A DNA stretch of 64,000 bases from Selenomonadaceae bacterium (GTDB lineage: Bacteria; Bacillota; Negativicutes; Selenomonadales; Selenomonadaceae), in contig JAFZIV010000061.1 in the NCBI GenBank assembly GCA_017554235.1, forward strand, positions 15,984 through 79,983, in the 5' to 3' direction. The translations under genes were made by a program, and so were the position numbers. Below the pieces are notes generated by a model that was not told the origin of the DNA, made no database searches, and worked only from the letters and a program-made list of their open reading frames with translations. Positions 55,008-63,924 of the stretch are shown here, one piece after another. Numbering within the stretch: the stretch's first letter is position 1; each line of letters begins with the position of its first letter.

Positions 55008-55949
55008 TCAAACTGATTCAGCTTCTGTGACAAGCTGATTAATAATTTCTTTAACCGGCAAAATTTTTTTGATACGCGGCATATATTCACCCGTAAAAAC
55101 TAAACCCGTTTCAACGTCGCCCTGTTGCGCCCTCATCAACGCACGAACTATGCAGAAATTATGTTTGCAAGCTTTAAGGCAAGAATCACAAACTTTAGGC
55201 GGAACTCGACCTTCCATAACGCGCTTAGAAAACGGAGTACGAACCGCACGTCCCGGCAATCCTACGGGACTTTGAATAACGACGACATCTTCAGGACGCG
55301 ATTTGAGATAATATTCTTTAAGACTTGGCGCGGCATTGGATTCGACGCTTGCCGCAAAACGTGATCCGAGTTGAACGCCGTTAGCTCCCATATTCAGCAT
55401 TTCAATAATATCTTTGCCGTTGAGGACGCCGCCCGCCGCAATGACGGGAATTTTTACAGCGGCACGTATAGGCGTAATCAATTCGCGAACGGAAATATCT
55501 GTTCCTAAATGTCCGCCCGCTTCTTTACCTTCGACGACGATAGCCGCCGCTCCGAGTTTTTCAGAAATTTTTGCAAGACGCACTGACGAAACGATTGGCA
55601 CGATAGGAGTTTTTGACGCCTTGCCGAGTTCAAAAATATCACGCGAAAAACCCGCGCCTGCAACGATTAAATCAATGCCGGCGTCAATCGCCGTGTTGAC
55701 AATTCCCGCAAAATCTGACGCCGCAACCATTATATTTATACCAATGACGCCGTCCGTTAAAGAACGCGCCAATTTTATTTCGTAGCGCAATTCAGGATGG
55801 GACATTCCGGACGCCGCGATTAAGCCTATACCGCCTTCGTTGGCAACAGCCGCCGCGAGCCTTGCCGTTGATAACCGAATTGCCATTCCGCCTTGCACTA
55901 TCGGTATTTTTGCCGTCTTTGTTCCTATTTTAAGTTCAGGAAGTTTCAA
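55008..55949 (-). CDS. fabK: enoyl-ACP reductase II (FMN-dependent, nitronate monooxygenase fold)
   Basis: IPIVQGGMA motif, TIM-barrel NPD family, in the middle of the fab cluster. TTG start at 55949, 8 nt after GGAGG. Confidence 0.85.
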   Translation of the reverse strand: MKLPELKIGTKTAKIPIVQGGMAIRLSTARLAAAVANEGGIGLIAASGMSHPELRYEIKLARSLTDGVIGINIMVAASDFAGIVNTAIDAGIDLIVAGAGFSRDIFELGKASKTPIVPIVSSVRLAKISEKLGAAAIVVEGKEAGGHLGTDISVRELITPIRAAVKIPVIAAGGVLNGKDIIEMLNMGANGVQLGSRFAASVESNAAPSLKEYYLKSRPEDVVVIQSPVGLPGRAVRTPFSKRVMEGRVPPKVCDSCLKACKHNFCIVRALMRAQQGDVETGLVFTGEYMPRIKKILPVKEIINQLVTEAESV

Positions 55950-56085
55950 TCGGCATACCTCCATTTTTTAGGGAAGAGTATGTGTAATAAATAATCATTA
56001 TTAATTATTTAAAAAAACCCGCGAAGATTTTATCACTTCACGGGATTTTATACAAGTTGCTTTATTAATCGAAAAATTTTTCGGC

Positions 56086-56325
56086 TTACTGATTGCCTTC
56101 GATATATTTCACAACATCTTCCACAGTTTTAATTTTCTCGGCTTTCTCGTCGGGAATTTCAATGTTGAATTCCTCTTCAAAAGCCATGATAAGTTCAACA
56201 ATGTCAAGAGAATCGGCACCAAGATCATCAACGAAAGTTGAAGTCATCTGAACTTCATCAGCTTCAACTCCGAGCTGTTCCACAACAATTTTTTTAACTT
56301 GGTCAAAAGTTGACACTAAATTCAC
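56086..56325 (-). CDS. acpP: acyl carrier protein
   Basis: 79 aa with the phosphopantetheine site DLGADSLD. Confidence 0.95.
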   Translation of the reverse strand: MNLVSTFDQVKKIVVEQLGVEADEVQMTSTFVDDLGADSLDIVELIMAFEEEFNIEIPDEKAEKIKTVEDVVKYIEGNQ

Positions 56326-56366
56326 ACCTCTCTAAAATTAACGTCTGTACTTTTAATTAGTCAAAA

Positions 56367-57116
56367 CTACATAGCCATTCCGCCATCGACGGAAATAACT
56401 TGACCGGTAATGTATGCCGCTTGATCTGAAACCAAAAACGCTACAAGATTCGCAACGTCTTCAGGATTTCCCAGTTTTCCCGCAGGAATATTTTTCAGCA
56501 TTTCCTCTTTGATTTTGTCGGAAAGTACCTCTGTCATATCAGTGCTGATAAAACCGGGTGCAACTGCATTCACGGTAACATTTCTGGAGGCGAGTTCTTT
56601 AGCGGAAGACTTTGTAAAGCCGATAATTCCCGCTTTAGCCGCCGCGTAATTCGCTTGACTTATATTGCCCGTCATTGCCACGACCGAAGACATATTCACG
56701 ATACGCCCGCTACGTTGCTTCATCATAAGACGCGTTACAGCCTTCGTGCAGTTAAAGACGCCCTTTAAGTTTGTTGCGATTACTTCATCAAAGTCAGATT
56801 CGCTCATCTTAATCAGCAAATTATCCCGCGTGATTCCGGCATTGTTTACCAAAATGTCAATCGTCCCAAAATTTTCTACAACGCTTTTCACAATAGACTG
56901 AACGGTTTCAAATTCGGCAACATTACCTTGCACTAAAATAGCCTGCCCGCCTTGCGCTTCGATTTCAGCTTTAACTTCCTGCGCCTTTGTAAGATTACCG
57001 GCAAAGTTTATAGCGACCTTTGCACCTAAGCTTGAAAGTTTCAAAGCAATGGCACGACCTATTCCTCGTGACGCGCCGGTTATCAACGCAGATTTTCCCG
57101 TCAAACTTTTTTCCAA
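56367..57116 (-). CDS. fabG: 3-oxoacyl-ACP reductase
   Basis: SDR motifs TGASRGIG, NNAG and YAAAKAG. TTG start at 57116 behind GGAGG; the track start at 57146 is unlikely. Confidence 0.9.
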   Translation of the reverse strand: MEKSLTGKSALITGASRGIGRAIALKLSSLGAKVAINFAGNLTKAQEVKAEIEAQGGQAILVQGNVAEFETVQSIVKSVVENFGTIDILVNNAGITRDNLLIKMSESDFDEVIATNLKGVFNCTKAVTRLMMKQRSGRIVNMSSVVAMTGNISQANYAAAKAGIIGFTKSSAKELASRNVTVNAVAPGFISTDMTEVLSDKIKEEMLKNIPAGKLGNPEDVANLVAFLVSDQAAYITGQVISVDGGMAM

Positions 57117-57222
57117 AAATTTCGCCTCCACGCGAAAATATAGCACAAACGTCTTGACTTGTCCACTTTTTTAAGAAATTGAAAATTTTCTAAAAAATAA
57201 TTTACAATTTCCCATAAAGTTT

Positions 57223-57570
57223 TCAGTTTTCGTCAACGAGTTCAATTACAACCATAGGTGCGGCATCTCCGCGACGCGGACCAAGTTTTAAAATTCTCGT
57301 GTAACCGCCTTCACGTTCATTGAACTTTGCGGGTAATTCTTCAAAAACTTTATGTACAACTCCGACATCGGCGACCATCTGAATTGCTTGACGGCGTGCG
57401 CTAAGGTCTCCGCGTTTAGCAAGCGTTATAACTTTGTCTGCAAATTTGCGAAGTTCTTTAGCCTTAGCTTCCGTCGTTTCGATTCGCCCGTAGTTGAAAA
57501 ATGCGGCGAGGAGAGATTTAAACAGGGCTTTACGCGCACCTGAATTCCTGCCGAGCTTTCTATAACTCAT
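57223..57570 (-). CDS. rplQ: 50S ribosomal protein L17
   Basis: [20 protein letters not shown]... is the canonical L17 N-terminus. It follows rpoA. Confidence 0.95.
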   Translation of the reverse strand: MSYRKLGRNSGARKALFKSLLAAFFNYGRIETTEAKAKELRKFADKVITLAKRGDLSARRQAIQMVADVGVVHKVFEELPAKFNEREGGYTRILKLGPRRGDAAPMVVIELVDEN

Positions 57571-57636
57571 AGCAAATAAATTCCTTTCTGTAGCGGTTAG
57601 CTTTCAACTTCCAGAAAATTTCCTACCGGCTACAAA

Positions 57637-58716
57637 CTAAATATCCATATCGCTATTGACGTGAAGGCTGGGTTTCAGCGACAAGCCAATATCCTCAAGT
57701 TTCTTTTTAACTTCGTCGAGTGACTTTCTGCCGAGATTGCGAACTTTCATCATATCATCTTCGGACTTATTGACGAGGTCTCCTACAAAGTCAATTCCCG
57801 CACGCTTAAGGCAGTTAAACGATCTTACCGACAAATCTAAATCCTCAATCGTCATATCAAGAATTTTTGTAGATTTATCTTCAGAGGCAGGTTGAACTTC
57901 GACAGTAGACGCCACCTGTTGCGGTTGTTCATCCTCATAGTCTTCGTCAATCTCGTCAGACAGACCACGCATAGATTGGAAAAGTCTCAAACGATTTACA
58001 AGAGTGTCAGCCGCCTTAGAAACAGCTTCGTCCGGCGTAATTGTGCCGTTTGTCCACACTTCCAAAACCAGTTTGTCGTAGTCCATTTCGTTACCTACGC
58101 GGGTATCTTGAACTTCGTAATTCACGCGCAGAACCGGCGAAAATATCGAATCAATCGGGATCGTTCCAATAACGTCATCAGCGCGTTTATTTTTTTCTGC
58201 ATCGACGTAACCGAAATTCTTTTCAACACGCATTTCAATTCTAAGTTGTCCGTCAGAATTTAAAGTCGCTATGTGCAAATCGGTATTGACAACCTCAACG
58301 TCTGCGCCACAAATTACATCGCCGCCGGTAATTTCAATGTCTTGACCTTCCGCGTGATTTTTTCTGCGCGTCTCGTCGGAATCAATCCTAATTATGTGAT
58401 GCTCTTCGTCGGGATTATCAGGATTAATTTGCCCTGTGCCAATGATTTTCAAATAAAGTTGCTTAATGTTCAAAACGATATTTGTAATATCTTCACGAAC
58501 GCCCTTTAAAGTTGAAAATTCGTGTAAAACGCCGTCGATTTTAATTGAAGTAACCGCCGCGCCTTCCAACGATGCCAAAAGCATTCGACGCAGACTATTT
58601 CCTATTGTGTGTCCATAACCGCGTTCCAAAGGCTCGCAAGAAAATTTCCCGTAATCTGCGCGAAGTTCAATAGATTCTATTTTCGGCTCAATTTTAGATT
58701 TTTCATTGTCTGCCAT
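57637..58716 (-). CDS. rpoA: DNA-directed RNA polymerase subunit alpha
   Basis: NTD motifs ([13 protein letters not shown]) and CTD ([16 protein letters not shown]). It is 359 aa, with an extra insertion in the NTD and an acidic linker. Confidence 0.95.
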   Translation of the reverse strand: MADNEKSKIEPKIESIELRADYGKFSCEPLERGYGHTIGNSLRRMLLASLEGAAVTSIKIDGVLHEFSTLKGVREDITNIVLNIKQLYLKIIGTGQINPDNPDEEHHIIRIDSDETRRKNHAEGQDIEITGGDVICGADVEVVNTDLHIATLNSDGQLRIEMRVEKNFGYVDAEKNKRADDVIGTIPIDSIFSPVLRVNYEVQDTRVGNEMDYDKLVLEVWTNGTITPDEAVSKAADTLVNRLRLFQSMRGLSDEIDEDYEDEQPQQVASTVEVQPASEDKSTKILDMTIEDLDLSVRSFNCLKRAGIDFVGDLVNKSEDDMMKVRNLGRKSLDEVKKKLEDIGLSLKPSLHVNSDMDI

Positions 58717-58747
58717 TAAGAGTCATTGCTCCTTTCACTACGCATTA

Positions 58748-58838
58748 CGCATTATTATCTTTCAGTTTTCAGCTTTTAGAAAATTTCCATAAGCTATAGG
58801 CTGAAAACTTTCATTACGCATTACGTACTAGCAGACCG
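58748..58838 (-). repeat. Family D heptamer repeat/hairpin, copy D1
   Basis: On the transcribed strand, GTAATGC GTAATGA precedes a perfect 10-bp hairpin: agttttcagc (plus-strand 58775-58784) with gctgaaaact (58811-58820). ATAATGC GTAATGC GTAGTGA follows, and then the rpoA AAGGAG. Confidence 0.75.
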
Positions 58839-58839
58839 A

Positions 58840-59433
58840 TTATCTGGAGTACAATTCGACGATGGACTGTTCATTAACGGGAACGTCTATCTCATCACGC
58901 GTAGGAAATCTTACGACGCTACCTTTAAGGTTAGCTTGATCCGATTCAAGCCACGCCGGCGCACTCAAGGCATTATTGGTTTCCTTGAGAATTTTGAAAA
59001 TTTCCTTACTCTGACTTTTTTCGCAAACTTCGATAACGTCACCGGCTTTAACTAACGCGGACGGAATGTCAACGCGCTTGCCGTTTACGGTAATATGTCC
59101 GTGAGTTACGAACTGACGAGCTTGACGGCGGGTATTGGAAAAACCAAGACGAAATACTACGTTGTCAAGGCGACGTTCCAAAAGGATTAAAAGATTTTCA
59201 CCGGTAACGCCGGCGATTTTCTTAGCCTTGTCGTAGTAATTACGGAACGGACGCTCCAACACGCCGTAAATAAATTTAGCTTTCTGCTTTTCTTTAAGCT
59301 GATCTGCGTATTCACTGGTTTTACGCATTGTGCGATGCAGTTGACGCTTGGATTTACGCGAACGTCCAATCAACGCGGCTTCAATCCCCAGCGCACGGCA
59401 ACGCTTTAAATCAGGTGTTCTATCGATTGCCAT
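58840..59433 (-). CDS. rpsD: 30S ribosomal protein S4
   Basis: Canonical S4 sequence with an S4 RNA-binding domain ([11 protein letters not shown]). 197 aa. Confidence 0.95.
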   Translation of the reverse strand: MAIDRTPDLKRCRALGIEAALIGRSRKSKRQLHRTMRKTSEYADQLKEKQKAKFIYGVLERPFRNYYDKAKKIAGVTGENLLILLERRLDNVVFRLGFSNTRRQARQFVTHGHITVNGKRVDIPSALVKAGDVIEVCEKSQSKEIFKILKETNNALSAPAWLESDQANLKGSVVRFPTRDEIDVPVNEQSIVELYSR

Positions 59434-59450
59434 TAAATTTTCTCCTTATA

Positions 59451-59467
59451 ATTACGCATTACGCATT
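59451..59467 (-). repeat. Family D heptamer repeat, copy D2 (no hairpin)
   Basis: The transcribed strand reads AATGCGT AATGCGT AAT, between the rpsK stop and the rpsD AAGGAG. Confidence 0.7.
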
Positions 59468-59470
59468 GAA

Positions 59471-59863
59471 TTAAACTCTTCTGCGTTTCGGGGGACGGCA
59501 TCCGTTATGCGGAATGGGTGTAACGTCTTTAATCATATTGACTTCAAGACCCGTAGCCTGCAGTGAACGAATCGCCGCTTCACGACCTGCGCCCGGACCT
59601 TTGACGAAAACTTCAACCTGTTTCAAGCCGTGTTCCATAGCCGCCTTTGCCGCTACTTCCGCCGCCTGCTGTGCCGCAAACGGAGTACTTTTACGCGAAC
59701 CGCGAAAACCGAGTCCGCCTGCACTTGCCCACGAAAGTGCGTTGCCGCCCTTATCGGTAATTGTGACAATCGTGTTATTGAAAGTGGAGCTGATATGCGC
59801 CACGCCGTATTCTACATTCTTGCGGACTTTTTTCTTTGCACGAACTGTTCTTTTCGTTGCCAC
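59471..59863 (-). CDS. rpsK: 30S ribosomal protein S11
   Basis: Canonical S11 ([18 protein letters not shown]..., [13 protein letters not shown]). GTG start 9 nt after GGAGG. Confidence 0.95.
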   Translation of the reverse strand: MATKRTVRAKKKVRKNVEYGVAHISSTFNNTIVTITDKGGNALSWASAGGLGFRGSRKSTPFAAQQAAEVAAKAAMEHGLKQVEVFVKGPGAGREAAIRSLQATGLEVNMIKDVTPIPHNGCRPPKRRRV

Positions 59864-59884
59864 CTAATTAATCCTCCTTAATGA

Positions 59885-59962
59885 AGTGGTCAGTGGTCAG
59901 TGATCAGTGGTCAGAAGTTTTTACTATTCACTGATCACTGATTACTATTCACTGATCACTCT
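59885..59962 (-). repeat. Family A heptamer-hairpin repeat, copy A4
   Basis: The transcribed strand reads gag TGA TCAGTGA ATAGTAA TCAGTGA TCAGTGA ATAGTAA - aaactt - cTGACCAC TGATCAC TGACCAC TGACCAC TT. The first TGA is the rpsM stop. It ends 5 nt before the rpsK AAGGAGG. Confidence 0.85.
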
Positions 59963-60327
59963 TTCTTCTTGCCTTGTACAAGCTTTTTAGGACCTTTACG
60001 CGTTCTGGCGTTGTTTTTGGTATTCTGTCCACGAACGGGAAGACCGAGACGATGGCGGCGTCCGCGATAGCAGCCAATATCAATGAGTCGCTTAATGTCC
60101 ATCTGAATATCGCGGCGAAGGTCACCTTCAACCACGTAGTTATGATCGATGACATCACGAAGCTTTACAACCTCGTCGTCCGTGAGGTCTTTCGTTCTGG
60201 TATCGGGATTAATACCCGTTTCCTTCAAAATTTTTTGTGACGAAGGAAGACCGATTCCAAAAATATACGTCAACGCGTATTCGATTCTCTTGTCACGGGG
60301 CAAATCTACACCGGCTATACGTGCCAT
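59956..60327 (-). CDS. rpsM: 30S ribosomal protein S13
   Basis: [26 protein letters not shown] is the canonical S13 N-terminus. Confidence 0.95.
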   Translation of the reverse strand: MARIAGVDLPRDKRIEYALTYIFGIGLPSSQKILKETGINPDTRTKDLTDDEVVKLRDVIDHNYVVEGDLRRDIQMDIKRLIDIGCYRGRRHRLGLPVRGQNTKNNARTRKGPKKLVQGKKKE

Positions 60328-60354
60328 AAAAAATTTTCACCTCCTCAAAAAAAT

Positions 60355-60468
60355 TTATCCCTGACGCTGTTTGTGCTTGGGATTTTCGCAAATAACCATA
60401 ACGCGACCTTTGCGCTTAATAATTTTGCACTTGTCGCACATCTTCTTAACTGAAGGTCTAACTTTCAA
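60355..60468 (-). CDS. rpmJ: 50S ribosomal protein L36
   Basis: This gene is not in the ORF track. The minus strand translates to M(TTG)[36 protein letters not shown] (37 aa, zinc-ribbon CxxC...C..H). GGAGG lies 7 nt upstream. It sits between infA and rpsM as expected. Confidence 0.9.
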   Translation of the reverse strand: MKVRPSVKKMCDKCKIIKRKGRVMVICENPKHKQRQG

Positions 60469-60580
60469 AGTTCCCGCCTCCTATTCAACAATCAGCTAAT
60501 TTACCACGTTTTTAATTAATTGTCTACAAAAATTTTTAATTTGACGAAAAAATAATTTAAATTTGACTCGAAAAAATTTT

Positions 60581-60799
60581 TTACTTGAAACGATAAGTAA
60601 TTCTGCCGCGCGAAAGATCGTAGGGCGTAAGTTCAATCGTCACCTTATCGCCGGGCAAAATGCGGATAAAGTTCATACGAATTTTTCCGGAAACGTGCGC
60701 CAAAACCATATGCCCGTTTTCAAGCTGCACTTGGAACATTGCATTGGGCAAGGCTTCTACGACTTTGCCTTCTACTTCGATTACGTCTTGCTTTGACAT
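60581..60799 (-). CDS. infA: translation initiation factor IF-1
   Basis: [30 protein letters not shown]..., the canonical IF-1. 72 aa. Confidence 0.95.
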   Translation of the reverse strand: MSKQDVIEVEGKVVEALPNAMFQVQLENGHMVLAHVSGKIRMNFIRILPGDKVTIELTPYDLSRGRITYRFK

Positions 60800-60815
60800 C
60801 TCTTTTTACCTCGAT

Positions 60816-61469
60816 TCATCCTTCCACCGAGTTCAAGACGTTTTCGAGTTCTTCGGTGACTTTTTCTATCGGCTGTCTGCCATCTACTTCCGTATACAAT
60901 CCTACTTTTTCGTAGTACTCTATCAACGGGCGCGTCGATTCTTCATACACGCTTAACCTTTTCTTCATCGTCTCTTCAGTATCATCTGCACGTTGATATA
61001 ACTTACCACCGCAATTATCGCAAGTGTCTTCAACTTTCGGCGCATTGAACTTTACATGATACGTTGCGCCACATCCTTTGCAAATTCGCCGTCCTACTGC
61101 GCGTTCAATCAAAAATTCCGCCGGTACTCTTATATTTAAAACTTTCGTAAGCTTTAAATTCAGTTCGTCCAAAATTTTTTCTAACGCCTTCGCTTGCTCC
61201 ACTGTGCGCGGAAATCCGTCTAATATAAATCCGCCCTTGCAGTCATCTTTAGCAAGTCTTTCACGGACTATTCCTACCGTTACTTCATCAGGTACAAGCG
61301 TCCCTGCATCCATACACGCTTTTGCTTTTTTGCCGAGCTCCGTACCTTCCTTTACTGCCGCGCGGAACATATCTCCCGTTGAAATTTGCGGTATCTTATA
61401 TTTTTCTACCAGTTTGACCGCCTGCGTACCTTTTCCTGCGCCGGGAGGTCCCATTAATAAAAGTTGCAT
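60816..61469 (-). CDS. adk: adenylate kinase
   Basis: P-loop [10 protein letters not shown]. Zinc-lid CKGCGATYH...CDNCGG. Confidence 0.95.
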   Translation of the reverse strand: MQLLLMGPPGAGKGTQAVKLVEKYKIPQISTGDMFRAAVKEGTELGKKAKACMDAGTLVPDEVTVGIVRERLAKDDCKGGFILDGFPRTVEQAKALEKILDELNLKLTKVLNIRVPAEFLIERAVGRRICKGCGATYHVKFNAPKVEDTCDNCGGKLYQRADDTEETMKKRLSVYEESTRPLIEYYEKVGLYTEVDGRQPIEKVTEELENVLNSVEG

Positions 61470-61488
61470 TTTGTTTCCTCCAATTTTA

Positions 61489-61585
61489 AGTGGTCAGTGA
61501 TCAGTGGTCAGTGGTCAGAAATTTTTCACTTTTCACTGATCACTGATTACTTTTCACTGATCACTGATTACTTTTCACTGATTAC
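61489..61585 (-). repeat. Family A heptamer-hairpin repeat, copy A5 (longest)
   Basis: The transcribed strand, starting right after the secY TAA, reads GTAATCA GTGAAAA GTAATCA GTGATCA GTGAAAA GTAATCA GTGATCA GTGAAAA GTGAAAA - attt - cTGACCAC TGACCAC TGATCAC TGACCAC TT. It ends 6 nt before the adk GGAGG. Confidence 0.85.
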
Positions 61586-62842
61586 TTACTTCATAAAGCC
61601 TTCATAGTGCCGCATGACGACCATTGATTCTATCTGTTTCATCGTATGAAGCGCAACACTTACCACGATTAATAATGCCGTCCCGCCGAAATATACGCCT
61701 TGTATGTGCGTCGCTCCTCCTATCATCGTCGGCAATACCGCTATAAATGATAAGAAGACTGATCCCGCCAGCGTCAATCTCGTCAATACGTGATCTATAT
61801 AATCTGCCGTCGGTTGCCCCGGTCTGATTCCAGGTATAAACGCTCCATACTTTTTAAGATTGTCCGCCATATCAGGGATTTTTACCGTTACTGCCGTGTA
61901 GAAATACGTAAAGAAAATTATCAGCACAACGTAGATTGACGTTTGTAACGGCGTTCCCCATTGTAAATACGCCGCCACTTTCTGTACCGTCGGATTGTCG
62001 ATAAACTGTACCACCGTTATCGGGAACATCAGCACGCTTGACGCAAAGATTATCGGTATTACACCTGCTTGATTCACTTTCAACGGTATGTGGCTTGAAT
62101 GTCCGCCATATGCTCTTGAGCCTGTAACTCTTTTTGCGTAGGTTATCGGTATCCGTCTGTATGCCGCCTCGACGTAGATTACGAATACTATCATCGCTAC
62201 CGCTATCATTGCGAAAAGTAACGCGTTGAAATAATTTATCGTTCCGGCTTGCAGATAGCTGTATATCATTCCCAGATTTTTAGGCAGTGCCGCGACTATT
62301 CCCGCGAAGATGATTAACGATATTCCGTTTCCTACGCCCTGCGCCGTTATCTGTTCGCCTATCCACATCAACAGCGTTGTCCCTGCCGTCAACGTGATTG
62401 CTATGATTAATATGTTGACGGGATTGGGATTTAATATCGCCGCTTTCAGACCGATTGACATCCCTATTGCTTGTAAGAATGCCAGTACTACCGTTAATTT
62501 GCGCGTTACCTTCGTCATCTTTTTATGACCTTCCGCGCCTTCCTTCGACCATTGCTCCAATGTCGGTATCACTACCGTTAAAAGTTGCATTATGATTGAC
62601 GCGTTGATATACGGCGTGATACTCATCGCGAAGATTGAAAATTTACTGAACGCTCCGCCTGAAAATAAATCCAGCAGTCCGAATAAACTTCCGTTGTTGA
62701 AAAGTTGCTCTATCGCCGTTGGATCGACGCCCGGTACAGGTATGTGAGTTCCCAGTCGAAATACCGCAAACATTATCAGCGTAAAGATTATACGTTGTCG
62801 CAGTTCAGGAATTTTGAAAATATTTGAAAGTGCGGAAAGCAC
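61586..62842 (-). CDS. secY: preprotein translocase subunit SecY
   Basis: 418 aa, 10 TM helices, with conserved SecY motifs (GISPYINASIIMQLL, etc.). In ribosomal operon context. Confidence 0.95.
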   Translation of the reverse strand: MLSALSNIFKIPELRQRIIFTLIMFAVFRLGTHIPVPGVDPTAIEQLFNNGSLFGLLDLFSGGAFSKFSIFAMSITPYINASIIMQLLTVVIPTLEQWSKEGAEGHKKMTKVTRKLTVVLAFLQAIGMSIGLKAAILNPNPVNILIIAITLTAGTTLLMWIGEQITAQGVGNGISLIIFAGIVAALPKNLGMIYSYLQAGTINYFNALLFAMIAVAMIVFVIYVEAAYRRIPITYAKRVTGSRAYGGHSSHIPLKVNQAGVIPIIFASSVLMFPITVVQFIDNPTVQKVAAYLQWGTPLQTSIYVVLIIFFTYFYTAVTVKIPDMADNLKKYGAFIPGIRPGQPTADYIDHVLTRLTLAGSVFLSFIAVLPTMIGGATHIQGVYFGGTALLIVVSVALHTMKQIESMVVMRHYEGFMK

Positions 62843-62843
62843 C

Positions 62844-63284
62844 TCAAATCACCTCAGCCGTGCCGCCGGCGGCTTCAATCTTTGCCTTAGCTGATTTTGT
62901 GAATGCCTGCGCCTTTACCGTCAACTTCTTCGTAATTTCGCCATTACCCAAAATTTTTACGCCGTCCAAAACATTTTTCAAAATGCCGTATTCAATGAGA
63001 GCGACTGCATCGACTTCCGCTCCGTCATCAAAACGGTTAAGCGTTTCGACATTTACTTCAGCAAATTTTTTCGCCCAAACATTTTTGAAACCGCGTTTCG
63101 GCAAGCGACGGTAAATCGGCATTTGACCGCCTTCAAATCCCGGACGAACTCCGCCGCCCGAACGTGCCTTCTGACCTTTGTGACCGCGTCCGCAAGTCTT
63201 ACCGCAACCGGAGCCGATTCCGCGACCTACACGCACTTCTTTTTTACGCGCACCGTCATTCGGTTTAAGTTCACTTAAATTCAT
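62844..63284 (-). CDS. rplO: 50S ribosomal protein L15
   Basis: [43 protein letters not shown] is the canonical L15. Confidence 0.95.
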   Translation of the reverse strand: MNLSELKPNDGARKKEVRVGRGIGSGCGKTCGRGHKGQKARSGGGVRPGFEGGQMPIYRRLPKRGFKNVWAKKFAEVNVETLNRFDDGAEVDAVALIEYGILKNVLDGVKILGNGEITKKLTVKAQAFTKSAKAKIEAAGGTAEVI

Positions 63285-63310
63285 TACATTTCCTCTCTTT
63301 ACTATACGCG

Positions 63311-63396
63311 GATAGTTAGTAGTAAATAGTTAATAGATCGTTAGATCGCTAGCAATTTACTAATGATCTAACGATCTAATCACTATTAACTAATTT
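63311..63396 (+). repeat. Family B hairpin repeat, copy B4
   Basis: gatagttagtagtaaatagttaatagatcgttagatcgctag - caattt - actaatgatctaacgatctaatcactattaactaatt. It has the same plus-strand orientation and the same loop as copy B2, but here the surrounding genes are on the minus strand. Confidence 0.8.
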
Positions 63397-63426
63397 TCCG
63401 CTCGCTGGAGTTTAATTTTCAAAAAT

Positions 63427-63912
63427 TTATTCGACAATCTTTTCTGCAATAGCCGGACCTTTTACGGCATTAACGATATTTTTTGACTTAGAAAGAATTT
63501 TTTCGTTAGGTGTCGCAATAGAATTCTTAACGGCGTTCACTATGCTTGCTGCCTTAGCCGCAACTTTTTCATTAACCGCAGCATTAGAATTTTTAGCAGC
63601 ATCCATAGTAATTTTGGCCGCTTCGATAATTTTTTTGCCGGCTTCTACAGAAACGTTTTCCGCATCTAAGCTGATAGTTTTTTCAGCTTTCGTTAAAGAT
63701 TTTTTTTTTAAATTTACGGAATCATCATCGTCCGCAATTTCCTCAACCGCCACAAGATGTTTGACTTTAAAAATTTGTCCGCGAATGGTGGGAACATCAG
63801 GCAAGATTGAAAAAGAATTGATTTTGCAAAGTCCGAGCGAACGGACAGTTTTCCTTTGCGTTTCGGGACGACTTATAAGGCTTCTTTTCAGCGTAACTTT
63901 CAACTTAGCCAT
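63427..63912 (-). CDS. rpmD: 50S ribosomal protein L30 with an approximately 100-aa C-terminal extension
   Basis: Residues 1-59 ([28 protein letters not shown]...[17 protein letters not shown]) form a complete L30. The ORF then continues without a stop into an acidic linker and a Lys/Ala/Asn-rich repeat region. Confidence 0.8.
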   Translation of the reverse strand: MAKLKVTLKRSLISRPETQRKTVRSLGLCKINSFSILPDVPTIRGQIFKVKHLVAVEEIADDDDSVNLKKKSLTKAEKTISLDAENVSVEAGKKIIEAAKITMDAAKNSNAAVNEKVAAKAASIVNAVKNSIATPNEKILSKSKNIVNAVKGPAIAEKIVE

Positions 63913-63924
63913 TTTGACGCCTCC

